A stretch of 64,000 bases of DNA from Epithemia pelagica (lineage: Eukaryota; Protista; Bacillariophyta), in contig OX337237.1 of assembly GCA_946965045.2 (NCBI GenBank), positions 2,542,001 to 2,606,000 on the forward strand, in the 5' to 3' direction. Below the pieces are notes generated by a model. The model ran no database searches. It was given only the letters and a program-made list of their open reading frames with translations, and was not told the DNA's origin. Each line of letters begins with the position of its first letter. Positions within the stretch are counted from its first letter, which is position 1. Position numbers and translations under genes: made by a program. Positions 29,039 to 39,702 of the stretch are shown one piece after another.

Positions 29039-30748
29039 ATGTCTCAAGGCAATGGTGTGGTCGGTACGGATCACTCTCCGTCGGCATCTTCTCCTTTGAC
29101 AATCCGCAAAGGCAAATTGTTTCTCACGCGCGAACCAATGGAATATTTTCCCGAAACCGAGGAGGGTCTGGAACAATTTGTGTCATCCTTGGAAGAACGG
29201 GAGGACATTCACTATGTCTTGTTGGAGCGTCGTTTCGTGCGCAACTTGTCGTCGTTGGCATGGTATGCGGCAATCCTCCAAGGCATTTGTCGGATTCCCA
29301 ACTTGACCGAACTGGAAATTTGGAGTGTCCGTGTTCCCTTGACCCTCTTGTGTCAAGCCTTGCCATGCGCTCGCAAATTGGTTCGATTGGGTTTGGGTAT
29401 GGTGACATTGACGTTGGAACATGAGGAGGAGTACGGGGTATCGTTGGGTGACAACTGCAGCGCCTTGGCCCATCATCCCAATTTGCAATCCTTTTATCTG
29501 TCTGATTTTCGAGTGTTGATCCGTGACGACAATGGTGACGACGAGACTGAGGGAGAAGCGAACGGACGAGACTATCTGTTACAGCAAGAGTTGGAAGAGG
29601 AGGCACCATCAAACGGCACAACTACGACTACCGACCTACAGCAGTCGGAACCTGACCAGCACAATCAACGAGGACAACCAGTATCGTTCCGCCAAAAAAG
29701 CATGATCGTCTTGGATTCGTTTTGGGCAGCCCTCTCCACCTGCCCTCGGCTCCTCAATGTTGAAGTCTTTTCCAAGCAATCCGAGCACTTGCCCTGGACG
29801 CCTCGTGGTTTGGCGTATTTAGCACAATGTCCTCGTCTGGAACAATTGACACTCCGTCGTCTCAAATTAACCCATGAAGATATCGCTCCCTTTGCCCACC
29901 AACTCCTGACACACGAATGCGACATGACCACGACTTGGTCCCCCTTGCGCGTCTTGAATATGCATCAGAACGAATTGCACCAAGACGGATGCCTTGCCAT
30001 TGCTCGTGCCGTAGCCGCCAGTCGAACCATTCGAGAATTGGATTTACGAGACAATCACTTGTCCATCCAAGGCAGTCTTCAAGTGATTCCCCTGTTGTTG
30101 ATGCCAGGTGCCAACCATTCCTTGGAAAAGGTCAATCTCGCCTCCAATGCCATTGGTGATGAAGGGGCGCAGTTAGTGGCCGAACTACTGGAACAAGGAT
30201 CGTCCTCCCCTCAATCCGAAGCAAACGTGTCTTCTTGTCGATTAAAACATTTGGATCTGTCTCGAGCGCAACTGACTGATAATGGTTGTTCCAGGCTAGC
30301 ACAAGCATTGACCGTCAATGCCACATTGCTTTCCTTGAATGTGGCCTACAATCAATTAACCAACCGTTCTTACGTGGCCTTTGGCGAGGCGCTCCGAACA
30401 TCCAATCGCACCTTGGTATCTCTCAACCTGCAAGTCGATCGCCGCAAAATCGATTCCTCCGGATGTCAAGCCCTGTTGCGCATGGTGGAGGACAATTATG
30501 TCTTGGAAACTGTCTCGACCTTGTTGGGAGCGCGTGGATACGATCCCACCAAAAGCAAGTCCGGTTATGCCTATTACATTCGTCTCTTTTTGCGTCTCAA
30601 TCATGCCGGCCGTCAAAAATTGTTGGAACAACGTGGTACCAAAGCTGATTGGATTCATGCCATGGCCGCTGTCCAGGATAGTCTCCATGCCATTTATTAC
30701 CTCCTCTCGGCCAATCCCTCCTTGTGCAACAACGACCCGGATGATTGA
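29039..30748 (+). CDS. RNI-type leucine-rich repeat protein (569 aa)
   Basis: LNMHQNELHQDGCLAIA, LDLRDNHLSIQG, VNLASNAIGDEGAQLVA; C-terminal LRLNHAGR..L...W..A......L..IYYLL..NPSLC, a tail typical of diatom LRR families. Confidence 0.88.
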   Translation: MSQGNGVVGTDHSPSASSPLTIRKGKLFLTREPMEYFPETEEGLEQFVSSLEEREDIHYVLLERRFVRNLSSLAWYAAILQGICRIPNLTELEIWSVRVPLTLLCQALPCARKLVRLGLGMVTLTLEHEEEYGVSLGDNCSALAHHPNLQSFYLSDFRVLIRDDNGDDETEGEANGRDYLLQQELEEEAPSNGTTTTTDLQQSEPDQHNQRGQPVSFRQKSMIVLDSFWAALSTCPRLLNVEVFSKQSEHLPWTPRGLAYLAQCPRLEQLTLRRLKLTHEDIAPFAHQLLTHECDMTTTWSPLRVLNMHQNELHQDGCLAIARAVAASRTIRELDLRDNHLSIQGSLQVIPLLLMPGANHSLEKVNLASNAIGDEGAQLVAELLEQGSSSPQSEANVSSCRLKHLDLSRAQLTDNGCSRLAQALTVNATLLSLNVAYNQLTNRSYVAFGEALRTSNRTLVSLNLQVDRRKIDSSGCQALLRMVEDNYVLETVSTLLGARGYDPTKSKSGYAYYIRLFLRLNHAGRQKLLEQRGTKADWIHAMAAVQDSLHAIYYLLSANPSLCNNDPDD

Positions 30749-30749
30749 G

Positions 30750-32388
30750 AACCGACAATGAGGTATCTTGGACAGCAACTGCAAAGCACCGATACGATAT
30801 CCGAAGGACTCCATTTATCAACAATCGCAGAATTCGAGTGTTCCTCCGTTGCTGGATCACGAAACAATACTCTCCCCTTGTCTCTCCAACGAGGGACGTG
30901 TGCAGCCGCTCGACCTGTTCCAGTCCTATCAATCAGGATGCCATAGTCTCAAAAGACACACACCCTGACACGAAGAACACAACAGTCACAATGGCAGTCC
31001 GTGTACTGACTGTGGGAGTGAACGGTACTGGCAATCATCGAATCAAGTAGGCGCTTCTATGGTAGGAGTAATAATGAGTGATATGCTAGAAAAAGTGACC
31101 CTATCTACCGTAGCTAGCATGAAAACTTTGGCGTGGCACATTTCTTCAAGTGCAATCCTACTCTTTACCATCATGGCATGTATTCGTCCTCACTTGTTTA
31201 CGAATTGATGACGAGATGGTGCAGGATGTGACATCTCCAATACCCATTCCCTTGAGAGCATGATACCATCCGTTTGGATTCAGTTCACAGAGTCGACGAA
31301 AACACCACGAATTCTTGTCCACGAGTGGTAATGTCGTACAGGAATGATTGTACCATCCTCCAATCAGGGCAATTCGATTGGCAACCGTCACCATACTCAA
31401 GTCATCGCGGCGATTTCCGAATGGTGGGAGCTTCCAAACGCGGTTGCGGTGCGCATCCAAGACTTGCACCGTTCGACTTGGTCCTCCCGCCACCAGCAGA
31501 CAAGATCCCACGGCCACCACGGCACAAGAACTTGGTGCATTGGAAAGCACCAAATAAGGATGAGTGATCCAAGTGGACGAGAAAGAAATGACCGTCGAAC
31601 CATCAGTCTCCTTTCTTGTCTCATCATTTTTGTCACAGGGTGTTGCATAGTCCAAATACTCGACCGAGTCAAGATCGTCGTCACCGTTTTGGCCTCCCAC
31701 GACAAAGATGCGGTGACCAATGACCGCAATGGCACAAAATTGTCGAGGAACAGTCATGAATGGTCCTGCAGTGACAGCGTGGTTGCGGGTATCAATAATA
31801 TCAACCGACGACAATATTCTCCCGTTGTAGCCACCCATTACAACGATATATCTATTGTGAACCGCAACCGCACAACATCCTGATCGTCCCATTGATAGTC
31901 GACAGTTTAATGTCGTCCAGTGGCTCTTCTTTGAAACGCTTGTTGTAGACAATGATTCCAGCAAATCGTTGGTATCCATTCGTTCCATACAATCCCAAAT
32001 TGAACCTGCATTGTGTCCGCCCATTACATACCCCCCCCCCCCCCCCCCGTTGCACACAACAGCGGCATGTTTGGAACGTTCCTTGTTCATGGGCGTCCCT
32101 TCTCGCCACTGTTTGTGTGGGTCTGCTAGATTCAATGCAAGAACGGAACTGACACTGCCTTGGCCTTGTTGATGTCCTCCCAACACGACAACCGTTTGCC
32201 CCTTCTTGTTGTTCTTGTTGTCGTCGTTGTTCTTATCGGGATGATCAAGTACGACCGAAGCATGAAGCAAACGCCATCCACCCACAAGAGGAGGCCAGTC
32301 GTCATTATTCCATGCTGCTCTCTCGTCCAAAAGGACAAGGCCTGATGACTGCCATGCTTGCTCTTTCAGTGTCATCTGCTTGTGTTTC
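30750..32388. repeat. Left arm of a ~1.6-kb inverted duplication (partner ~38490-40090)
   Basis: The Kelch CDS and ~400 bp of downstream flank match the reverse complement of 38490-40090 (e.g. aaccgacaatgaggta at 30750 vs RC of ~40075-40090). Confidence 0.9.
31158..32375 (-). CDS. Kelch-repeat beta-propeller protein (copy 1)
   Basis: VVLGG, YVMGG, IVVMGG, IFVVGG, LLVAGG and IALIGG repeats with W/Y spacing. Confidence 0.9.
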   Translation of the reverse strand: MTLKEQAWQSSGLVLLDERAAWNNDDWPPLVGGWRLLHASVVLDHPDKNNDDNKNNKKGQTVVVLGGHQQGQGSVSSVLALNLADPHKQWREGTPMNKERSKHAAVVCNGGGGGGYVMGGHNAGSIWDCMERMDTNDLLESLSTTSVSKKSHWTTLNCRLSMGRSGCCAVAVHNRYIVVMGGYNGRILSSVDIIDTRNHAVTAGPFMTVPRQFCAIAVIGHRIFVVGGQNGDDDLDSVEYLDYATPCDKNDETRKETDGSTVISFSSTWITHPYLVLSNAPSSCAVVAVGSCLLVAGGPSRTVQVLDAHRNRVWKLPPFGNRRDDLSMVTVANRIALIGGWYNHSCTTLPLVDKNSWCFRRLCELNPNGWYHALKGMGIGDVTSCTISSSIRKQVRTNTCHDGKE

Positions 32389-32669
32389 GTGACATGAGAA
32401 ATCTACCACAGCTGCGTAGTCGGTTTGCTGTTTGCAACGCTGCTGCTCTGTGCTGACAAAAAAGCGCGGAAGAATATGAGTATATCCTTTGCTATGGACA
32501 AACTCTGAGGGTTGGTCTTATCGTCCATCCATCTGGCATGGTCCTGTAGTTCTACTCTAATAGGTATAGAGAAGAAATGAGGGGAGATGAGAAACCAAGG
32601 ACATTCCCATCGTCTCGTTTGTGTGTATGACAGTGTTGGTGTGGATTGTTTCTTTTGTCGCGTTGACCA

Positions 32670-34346
32670 TCATCCAGAGGAGGATCCGTCTCCTCCTTTT
32701 CGCTGTACTTGTAGTGTGGTGGTGTAGGTATGTGCTCCTACACGGGCCAATTCCAAGACGGCATCGACATCGGCTCGTGTTTCAATCGCTTGTTCGGGAA
32801 ACCAAATTCCCGGTGGTACGACCGACGGTGTGGTCAAGAGTGCCGCTCCAAAGGCGGCGACACATTCGCCCACACAGGGTTCTAGATTGTCATGCGCATA
32901 CACGGCCGTGGCATGCCATTTCTCCTCCTTGTTGTTGTTGTTGTTTGGGGTCGACGTTTGCCAGGTCACGTCGCATCGCATGGCATTGGTGGCACCGGCA
33001 AAGAAATCCACCAATCGAACAATGGGCAAACTAAAAATGGACAAGTTGCGCATCCACTCTTCATTGGCCAAGACTGCCGGTGGAATGGATCGTGCCATGA
33101 ATCCCAAGAGGGTATTCCAAAAGGGAGGTGCGGTACCAAATTTGGATTGGACATTGCCAATCTGTAAATGATCGGCAATGGACGCCGTTTCCAACAAATT
33201 GAGCGGTGCCACATTTCGGTCCCCCACAATCGATCCAAACGAGACACGATCATAGTTGGACATGGGTGGAACGGATGTGCGACGGGGTGGTTGGTTCGAA
33301 TCGTTCTTGTTGCTACTTTGAATGACCAAGGCGGGTTCGGACAAGATCAAAAAGGTGGCCACCAACAAGGTCAGACCGGCTCCTCCGGAACCGGCGGTAA
33401 AAAATGAAAAATCCACCGTCCATTCACTTGGATTCCAGGATTGTACGAATGATGACGATGATGATTGCTCTTCCTCTTGTGGTTGCTGTTGTTGTTGAAC
33501 AATATCATCCATCATTTGACGGGCCATGAGACTCGAGACACCCGGCCAACATCCGGTGGATACAATGCACGGCAGAGAGGCGTCTTGAGCCCGTGGACCA
33601 AGGCGAGTTTGAGCCGCTTTGGCCGTACAATAATCATCGCACACATCCATATAGGGAATGCCTAGATGGAGACAGGCTTCCAAAACTCCATTGGGGACAC
33701 TGACCTTGCCCTGAAAGGGACCGGCTGTATGAACGACCAAATCCAAGGACTGTCCAGTTTCCGCTTGAAGTGCCTCCATGGCCGATTGGACCGAGTCCGC
33801 GTCTTCTCGATTCAGTGCCACAAAGTCCACTTTTTGTTCCAGTGACACTCCGGTTGGCCCTGTTCCTGTTGGTTGTTGTTGTTGTTGCCGCATCCATCGT
33901 TCTCGTGCTTGGACATATCGATCCCGACTGGTTCCACCCACGTACACGTGCGCCGCTCCTCGTTGCAAAAATTGAACAACACAACTCCCACCAACGCGAC
34001 CACTTCCACCGACGACCAAAATCCGTTGGCCCTCCAAGGCGGACCAGGAAATGTTGCTGGTCGACGCTGTGCTGGGTGTAGTGTTGGAATATGAAGAAGA
34101 ATCCGAGGCCAGGAATAAGGACGACCCAACACGGCGGCGGTGGTGGTGGCGAGATGGAGTTGGAGTCGCAATCGTAGAACGACCACTGCCATTCTTCACC
34201 AATGACGATCCATCATCAAAGTGGAACTTGCTTTTCACTGGTAGTAGTGGACTGCAAGTGGAAGAAGAAGGATGCACCCATAAAAATGCCTGTGCTGTCC
34301 ACCCAGACAGCGCAAGCAATGATAGAGCGGAGACTATGGATCTCAT
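32670..34346 (-). CDS. Saccharopine-dehydrogenase-like NAD(P)-binding oxidoreductase, plastid-targeted
   Basis: RILVVGGSGRVGG Rossmann motif, VVHTAGPFQ, YMDVCDD, TGCWPGVSSLMA; presequence ...WTAQA-FLW. Confidence 0.8.
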   Translation of the reverse strand: MRSIVSALSLLALSGWTAQAFLWVHPSSSTCSPLLPVKSKFHFDDGSSLVKNGSGRSTIATPTPSRHHHRRRVGSSLFLASDSSSYSNTTPSTASTSNISWSALEGQRILVVGGSGRVGGSCVVQFLQRGAAHVYVGGTSRDRYVQARERWMRQQQQQPTGTGPTGVSLEQKVDFVALNREDADSVQSAMEALQAETGQSLDLVVHTAGPFQGKVSVPNGVLEACLHLGIPYMDVCDDYCTAKAAQTRLGPRAQDASLPCIVSTGCWPGVSSLMARQMMDDIVQQQQQPQEEEQSSSSSFVQSWNPSEWTVDFSFFTAGSGGAGLTLLVATFLILSEPALVIQSSNKNDSNQPPRRTSVPPMSNYDRVSFGSIVGDRNVAPLNLLETASIADHLQIGNVQSKFGTAPPFWNTLLGFMARSIPPAVLANEEWMRNLSIFSLPIVRLVDFFAGATNAMRCDVTWQTSTPNNNNNKEEKWHATAVYAHDNLEPCVGECVAAFGAALLTTPSVVPPGIWFPEQAIETRADVDAVLELARVGAHTYTTTLQVQRKGGDGSSSG

Positions 34347-34780
34347 AGTAATGATACTATGACGTCTCCTTGGATACGTAAAGCTGTATGGTTATCCCAC
34401 AGCACTAGCAGGTACCGCAAAATAGGATCGACAACGGCAACCTTTCCTTTTGTCGTCGTGGTGTGGTGATTGGTGATGCCAATGTTTAGAAGCTGATTCA
34501 GAACTATCTTATGATATCTAATCCGACTAATAATTACGAATAGTTTTGGATTTATATCGATTGAAAGTAAAAATTGTAGAGAATAGTAGCCCTTTGTGAG
34601 AGTCTTTAACTTGCTGATTAGAAGCAAGCTAGGAAAGATGACGTCAGCTCTTGACTCGGTGTGACAAACGTGACAATGGCGAGAATGCAAATCAGGAAAC
34701 AAGAGAAAAGAAAACGATTGTTGGGATTCCCACAAGTCTCCAGGAACCATACCACCAAACGCTCTAGTCTTTGTGCAGTT

Positions 34781-35869
34781 ATGGGGAGGTCGTTTCGTTC
34801 CGTCGTAGTGGTTCTCGCCGCTAGTTTGGGTGCCACGAACCATTTCGTGGTGGAGGGCTTTTCGTCTCCCTCCTGTTTGCCATTCACCGCCCCATCCTTT
34901 GGTTCCAGCCGCAGTAGTGCTCTGCGACAGTCCCCCAACAATGCCAACTATGACACTGCAACCACACCTACGACTGCCGCCTTGGATGCGACAACTCGGT
35001 TGCCCACTTCGGTGGACGATCAAGTCCGACAAGCCGTCGTGTCGTTGCAACGAGCCTCCCAGGATGGTCGTCATCGTCATGTGATTCGCTTGTTGTTGCC
35101 CGTAATTGGTGCCACCGATTTGGACGATTGGCCGGGAGGTGCCCGACAAATGATGGAAGCGGCCTATCCCCTCGTCACATCCATTGTCCAAGGCATTCCC
35201 AATTCCGCTGTACAATGTTCCAATCAATTGGTCGATGCCAGTGAAGGAGTCTATGCCATCATGGCCCAAGCGGCCCGAGCCAAGGACGATGCCTGTGCGG
35301 TCGTCTTGCCCACGGCCGATTTGGTCCTTCCCAAACTCCAAGAGTTGAGTGACCAAGTGGGTCCCACCCGCAATCTGCTCTTGGTCAATCCTCAATGGAA
35401 ACGACGGAGTGACTTTCCTCCTCCATCGGGTGCCAGTGGATGGTCTTCCTGGTTTTCGGGCAAGAGTGAAAATAATGACCCATCCTTGTCGCCGGCCCGG
35501 TATATTGAATCCACGTACGAACCAACCTTTTCCTTGACCAATTTAATTGTGGAAGGAGAAAACATTCGTATTTTGCGAACTTATCCAGGTCCCTGGCGTG
35601 TCTTTGTTCGTCGAGAAGAGCAACAAGGAGAAGGACTGGACCCTGTCGTGGATTGGGTCCAAGTGGGAGAACAAGCCTTTGTACCAACCAAACCAAACGA
35701 TTGGGAAGAACAACCAGTCAATCAGCGAGATGGAGGACAATTGTTTTCCTTCGGAATGCCTTCCTATCAGGAAATTGTCCAAATGCTCAACCAGTCGCCC
35801 AATTATGTGCCCAAAAATCCCGCCGAACGAGCCATGGCGGCCTTTAATTTCATCAAAGATACCTTGTAG
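34781..35869 (+). CDS. DUF1995 (LPA3-like) protein, plastid-targeted
   Basis: DDWPGGARQ, LLLVNPQW, LRTYPGPWRVF; presequence MGRSFRSVVVVLAASLG...VEG-FSS. Confidence 0.75.
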   Translation: MGRSFRSVVVVLAASLGATNHFVVEGFSSPSCLPFTAPSFGSSRSSALRQSPNNANYDTATTPTTAALDATTRLPTSVDDQVRQAVVSLQRASQDGRHRHVIRLLLPVIGATDLDDWPGGARQMMEAAYPLVTSIVQGIPNSAVQCSNQLVDASEGVYAIMAQAARAKDDACAVVLPTADLVLPKLQELSDQVGPTRNLLLVNPQWKRRSDFPPPSGASGWSSWFSGKSENNDPSLSPARYIESTYEPTFSLTNLIVEGENIRILRTYPGPWRVFVRREEQQGEGLDPVVDWVQVGEQAFVPTKPNDWEEQPVNQRDGGQLFSFGMPSYQEIVQMLNQSPNYVPKNPAERAMAAFNFIKDTL

Positions 35870-36680
35870 ACCAAGTACAAGTAATAGAAATTGTACTTGT
35901 GTATCTCATGATCGCTGATTTCCTTCCAGAAACCTCCATCGTAGCTTTCCTTTCGCGGAAACCAACCACAGAGATCACCGCCTGCTCCCCTCAAACAATT
36001 GAAACCTCCAGCCACCCTGTCACAAATCATTCCAGACCACAACGTAACACACTGTAAGAGTTTCCAACATTTCAGAGAGACAAAACTACACAAGCACGCG
36101 CAAAATGCATTCTTTTGCCTCTGCTGGTGGTGCATCTCGTTTTTCAACAGGAAAAATGCACCTTCCGACAATCCCCACCAAACGAAAAGGCTCTCACACC
36201 TTTCGGTGTGCGCCTCTCCGCCTGGCACAATGGGACTGCGTATGGACTGTGCCGACAAGTATTCTGTACAGGTCTATGATATGGATGTGTCATCTTCCTT
36301 GGCAAACGTGTAAAATAGGTAGTTTCCAACAATCGAGTCCCAATGCTGCATCTCATTCGGACTTACCCAAGTGTGTTGTAGGATAGTCCTTTGCTCTGTC
36401 ACAAACAAAGAAAACAGACAATTATCCTAGTGAGTCGTTTACCACCATTGTCCGGCCATTGTCATGGCAATTTCTCAACCTCCAATCATCTTCAGGGATG
36501 ATGAAAAAACTTTATAATATCAAGAGCTTCAGCTTCATTTGACACGCATGAATACAGTTATTTCTTCGTCACAAGATGACCCTCCCACAAACAAACGACA
36601 CTCTACAAACGGGTGAGTGGGCATCCCACGTACCATACAGGTTCTCGTCGCAAAGATGAGTGCTGCTGCACACATGTGAT

Positions 36681-38309
36681 TTATTGTTCCACACGCGCCT
36701 TTTTCGGATTTGGCGACGAGTCGCCCTCCTTGCCACTTCGTTTCGTCCCCGCAGCCGTTTCTTCTTCTTCTTCTTCTTCTTGTGGTTTGTCGTTCTCCTT
36801 GTGCCACCAATGCAAGGTCAATCGTTGCGCTTGTTGGACTTCTTGTTCGGCCGCATCGGCTCGGGCCTTATCATTCTCGTCGCCCTGTTCGCCCGTGGAC
36901 AATTCCAATCCTTCCAAATCCATGGCATCGACCAAGACTTGCTTGCGTCGTTGCAATTCCGGTGCCGCCTGGAGCGCACGTGTCATCATGGCCTGGGCCG
37001 CTTCGGCCGATCCAAACCGACAGCGCGATCGAATCAACAAGACAATGAGTAATTGTCGAGCCTTGCGTTGTTGTTCCACGACATTGGCAAACAGTTGCAC
37101 ATTGGCCAATTGGTCCTCCAAATCCAAATCCAAGGCTGCATCGCTGACTTGTAGGGACCAATCGCGAATCGTTTCTTCCTTGGGCAAAGGAGGAGGAGTG
37201 CTTTCGGAATCGTCCTTGGGTTGTTGTTGTTGTTGTTGTTGTTGCAAATAGGTACGCACGGGTTCCGGTAATTCCGACAAGAGGCTTGCTATTTTTTGCG
37301 CGGTATCGTTGTGCAATTCACGAGCAATTTGAAAGGTTGCCACCGATCGACAAGGATCTTGCAATTCCTTCATTTGAACCGGAGCTTGGGGAATGCCCTT
37401 GGATTCCAAATCATACGTCGTAGTAGTAGTCACAGTGCTAGTCGTAGTTGTTGTGGCACTCCCTCGTCGAACCATGGACAATGACGAGGCTGCTGCCGCT
37501 GGCTTTGGGATGGAACCAGACGACGACGGTTTCGAGGAATCCGTGGGTGGTGCGGATGGTTCTTCGTCCTGGTCAATGTCTTGGGGAACAGGAAGTGCCT
37601 CTTCTTCTTCTTCTTCTGGTTGGTCCTCCTGGTTTTGTGGATTCTTGTCGTCGTCATTCACTGCTGTTGTGGAGGATGGTGCTTCCTCCTGGAACTGGTT
37701 CGTGGTGCTCTCGCTCGTTTTGGTGGTGGTGGTGGTGGTGGTGGTGGTGGTGGTGTTTGCCACAGTAGTAGTGCTCGGATCCACCGACGTGGTCGTGGTG
37801 GTGGTTGTGGACTGGCTGGGTGCCGTCTGGCGAGTTTGAAATTCCTCCAAAATGGAGTTGGTGGACGATCCAAAGACGGCTCGAGACTCCCACTCTTGGA
37901 GATACTGGTCCAGTGTGGACGCATTCGCCGTTTGGTATAGATGAGGGGCCGCCGGCACCAAGACGTCCGTTCCCAATGTCCGTCGCAACTCTGCCAATTT
38001 GTTCCAGGCATCCATCGAAGAGGAGTCTGTAGTAGTGGCAGCTGAAGTTGGACTGTGCAACAACAAGACTTGATGGAGGACGGACAAGACCACGGATCCC
38101 TTATGATTCTTCTTGGTTTGTTCGGGCGAAGGGAGGAGGTGTTGGAGCAAGACGGCACCAAAGACGGGAGCATGTTTGCGATTAAATCCAATCCATTTGG
38201 CCAAGGTTTGAATCGATTCTTTGGAAGAAGTTTCCGTCAAGGCACCCAATTTCGATACCAATTTCTTGGCCCAAGGCGACGCTGTGTTGTTGCTCGATGG
38301 AGTGGTCAT
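36681..38309 (-). CDS. CID-domain (RPRD1/Rtt103-like) RNA Pol II CTD-interacting protein
   Basis: KLGALTETSSKESIQTLAKWIGFNRKHA at the N-terminus, Thr-rich linker, C-terminal coiled coil and NLS-like PNPKKARV. Confidence 0.75.
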   Translation of the reverse strand: MTTPSSNNTASPWAKKLVSKLGALTETSSKESIQTLAKWIGFNRKHAPVFGAVLLQHLLPSPEQTKKNHKGSVVLSVLHQVLLLHSPTSAATTTDSSSMDAWNKLAELRRTLGTDVLVPAAPHLYQTANASTLDQYLQEWESRAVFGSSTNSILEEFQTRQTAPSQSTTTTTTTSVDPSTTTVANTTTTTTTTTTTKTSESTTNQFQEEAPSSTTAVNDDDKNPQNQEDQPEEEEEEALPVPQDIDQDEEPSAPPTDSSKPSSSGSIPKPAAAASSLSMVRRGSATTTTTSTVTTTTTYDLESKGIPQAPVQMKELQDPCRSVATFQIARELHNDTAQKIASLLSELPEPVRTYLQQQQQQQQPKDDSESTPPPLPKEETIRDWSLQVSDAALDLDLEDQLANVQLFANVVEQQRKARQLLIVLLIRSRCRFGSAEAAQAMMTRALQAAPELQRRKQVLVDAMDLEGLELSTGEQGDENDKARADAAEQEVQQAQRLTLHWWHKENDKPQEEEEEEETAAGTKRSGKEGDSSPNPKKARVEQ

Positions 38310-38499
38310 GGTCTCTCTCTCGACGGTGTTGTGGCTCGGAGCATGGAGCACGAATCCGTACGAAGGATGGAACGTTCATAGACCAAAAGGCGACTCCTAT
38401 ATGTTTGATTCCCTAATATGACGTCATCTACATTCGGACAAAAGTATTTAGGTAGACAACACAGCAAACGCAGCAAACGCAGCAAACCGAAACACAAGC

Positions 38500-39702
38500 A
38501 TGACACTGAAAGAACAAGCATGGCAGTCGGGCCTTGTCCTTTTGGACGAGAGAGCAGCATGGAATAATGACGACTGGCCTCCTCTTGTGGGTGGATGGCG
38601 TTTGCTTCAGGCTTCGGTCGTAGTGGATCATCCCGATAAGAACAACGACAACAACAACAACAAGGGGCAAACGGTTGTCGTCCTGGGAGGACATCAACAA
38701 GGCCAAGGAGCTGTCAGTTCCGTTCTGGTATTGAATCTAGCAGGTCCACACAAACAGTGGCGAGAAGGGACGCCCATGAACAAGGAACGTGCTGGACATG
38801 CCGCTGTTGCGTGCAACGGAGGCATCTATGTAATGGGAGGACACAAGGCAGGTTCAATTTGGGATTGTATGGAACGAATTGATACCAACGATTTGCTGGA
38901 ATCATTTTCTACAACAAGCGTTTCAAAGAAGAGCCACTGGACGACTTTTAACTGTCGACTATCCATGGGACGATCAGGATGTTGTGCGGTTGCGCTGCAA
39001 AATAGATATATAGTTGTAATGGGTGGCTCCAACGAGAGAATATTGTCGTCGGTTGATATTATTGACACCCGCAACCACGCTGTGACTCCGGGACCATTCA
39101 TGACTGTTCCTCGACAATTTTGTGCCAGTGCGGTTATTGGTCACCGCATCTTTGTCGTGGGAGGCCAAAACGGTCACGACGATCTTGACTCGGTCGAGTA
39201 TTTGGAATATGCAACACCCTGTGACACTGATGAGACAAGAAAGGAGACTGATGGTTCGACGGTCATTTCTTTCTCGTCCACTTGGATCACTCATCCTCAT
39301 TTGGTGCTTTCCAATGCACCAAGTTCTTGTGCAGTGGTTGCCGTGGGATCTTGTCTGCTGGTGGCGGGAGGACCCAGTCGAACTGTGCAAGTCTTGGATG
39401 CGCACCGCAACCGCGTTTGGACGCTCCCACCATTCGGAAATCGCCGCGACTACTTGAGTATGGTGACGGTTGCCAATCGAATTGCCATGATTGGAGGATG
39501 GTACAATCCTTCCTGTACGACATTACCACTCATGGACAAGCATTCGTGGTGTTTTCGTCGACTCTGTGAACAACATCCAAACGGATGGTATCTTGCTCTC
39601 AAAGGAATGGGTATTGGAGATGTCAATGTAATCACGTCATCAATTTGTAAGCAAGTGAGGACGACTACATGCCATGGTGGTAAAGAGGAGGATTGCACTT
39701 GA
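38500..39702 (+). CDS. Kelch-repeat beta-propeller protein (copy 2)
   Basis: Close paralog of 31158-32375 in inverted orientation, with the same GG repeats. Confidence 0.9.
   Translation: MTLKEQAWQSGLVLLDERAAWNNDDWPPLVGGWRLLQASVVVDHPDKNNDNNNNKGQTVVVLGGHQQGQGAVSSVLVLNLAGPHKQWREGTPMNKERAGHAAVACNGGIYVMGGHKAGSIWDCMERIDTNDLLESFSTTSVSKKSHWTTFNCRLSMGRSGCCAVALQNRYIVVMGGSNERILSSVDIIDTRNHAVTPGPFMTVPRQFCASAVIGHRIFVVGGQNGHDDLDSVEYLEYATPCDTDETRKETDGSTVISFSSTWITHPHLVLSNAPSSCAVVAVGSCLLVAGGPSRTVQVLDAHRNRVWTLPPFGNRRDYLSMVTVANRIAMIGGWYNPSCTTLPLMDKHSWCFRRLCEQHPNGWYLALKGMGIGDVNVITSSICKQVRTTTCHGGKEEDCT

Noticed and set aside
30745-31050. ORFs in the Kelch 3' flanks (also 39878-40072)
   Set aside because: Short, with different starts and indels between the two arms; at most relics.
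34343-35395. 350-aa minus-strand ORF
   Set aside because: Antisense to the well-supported DUF1995 gene; no domain signal.
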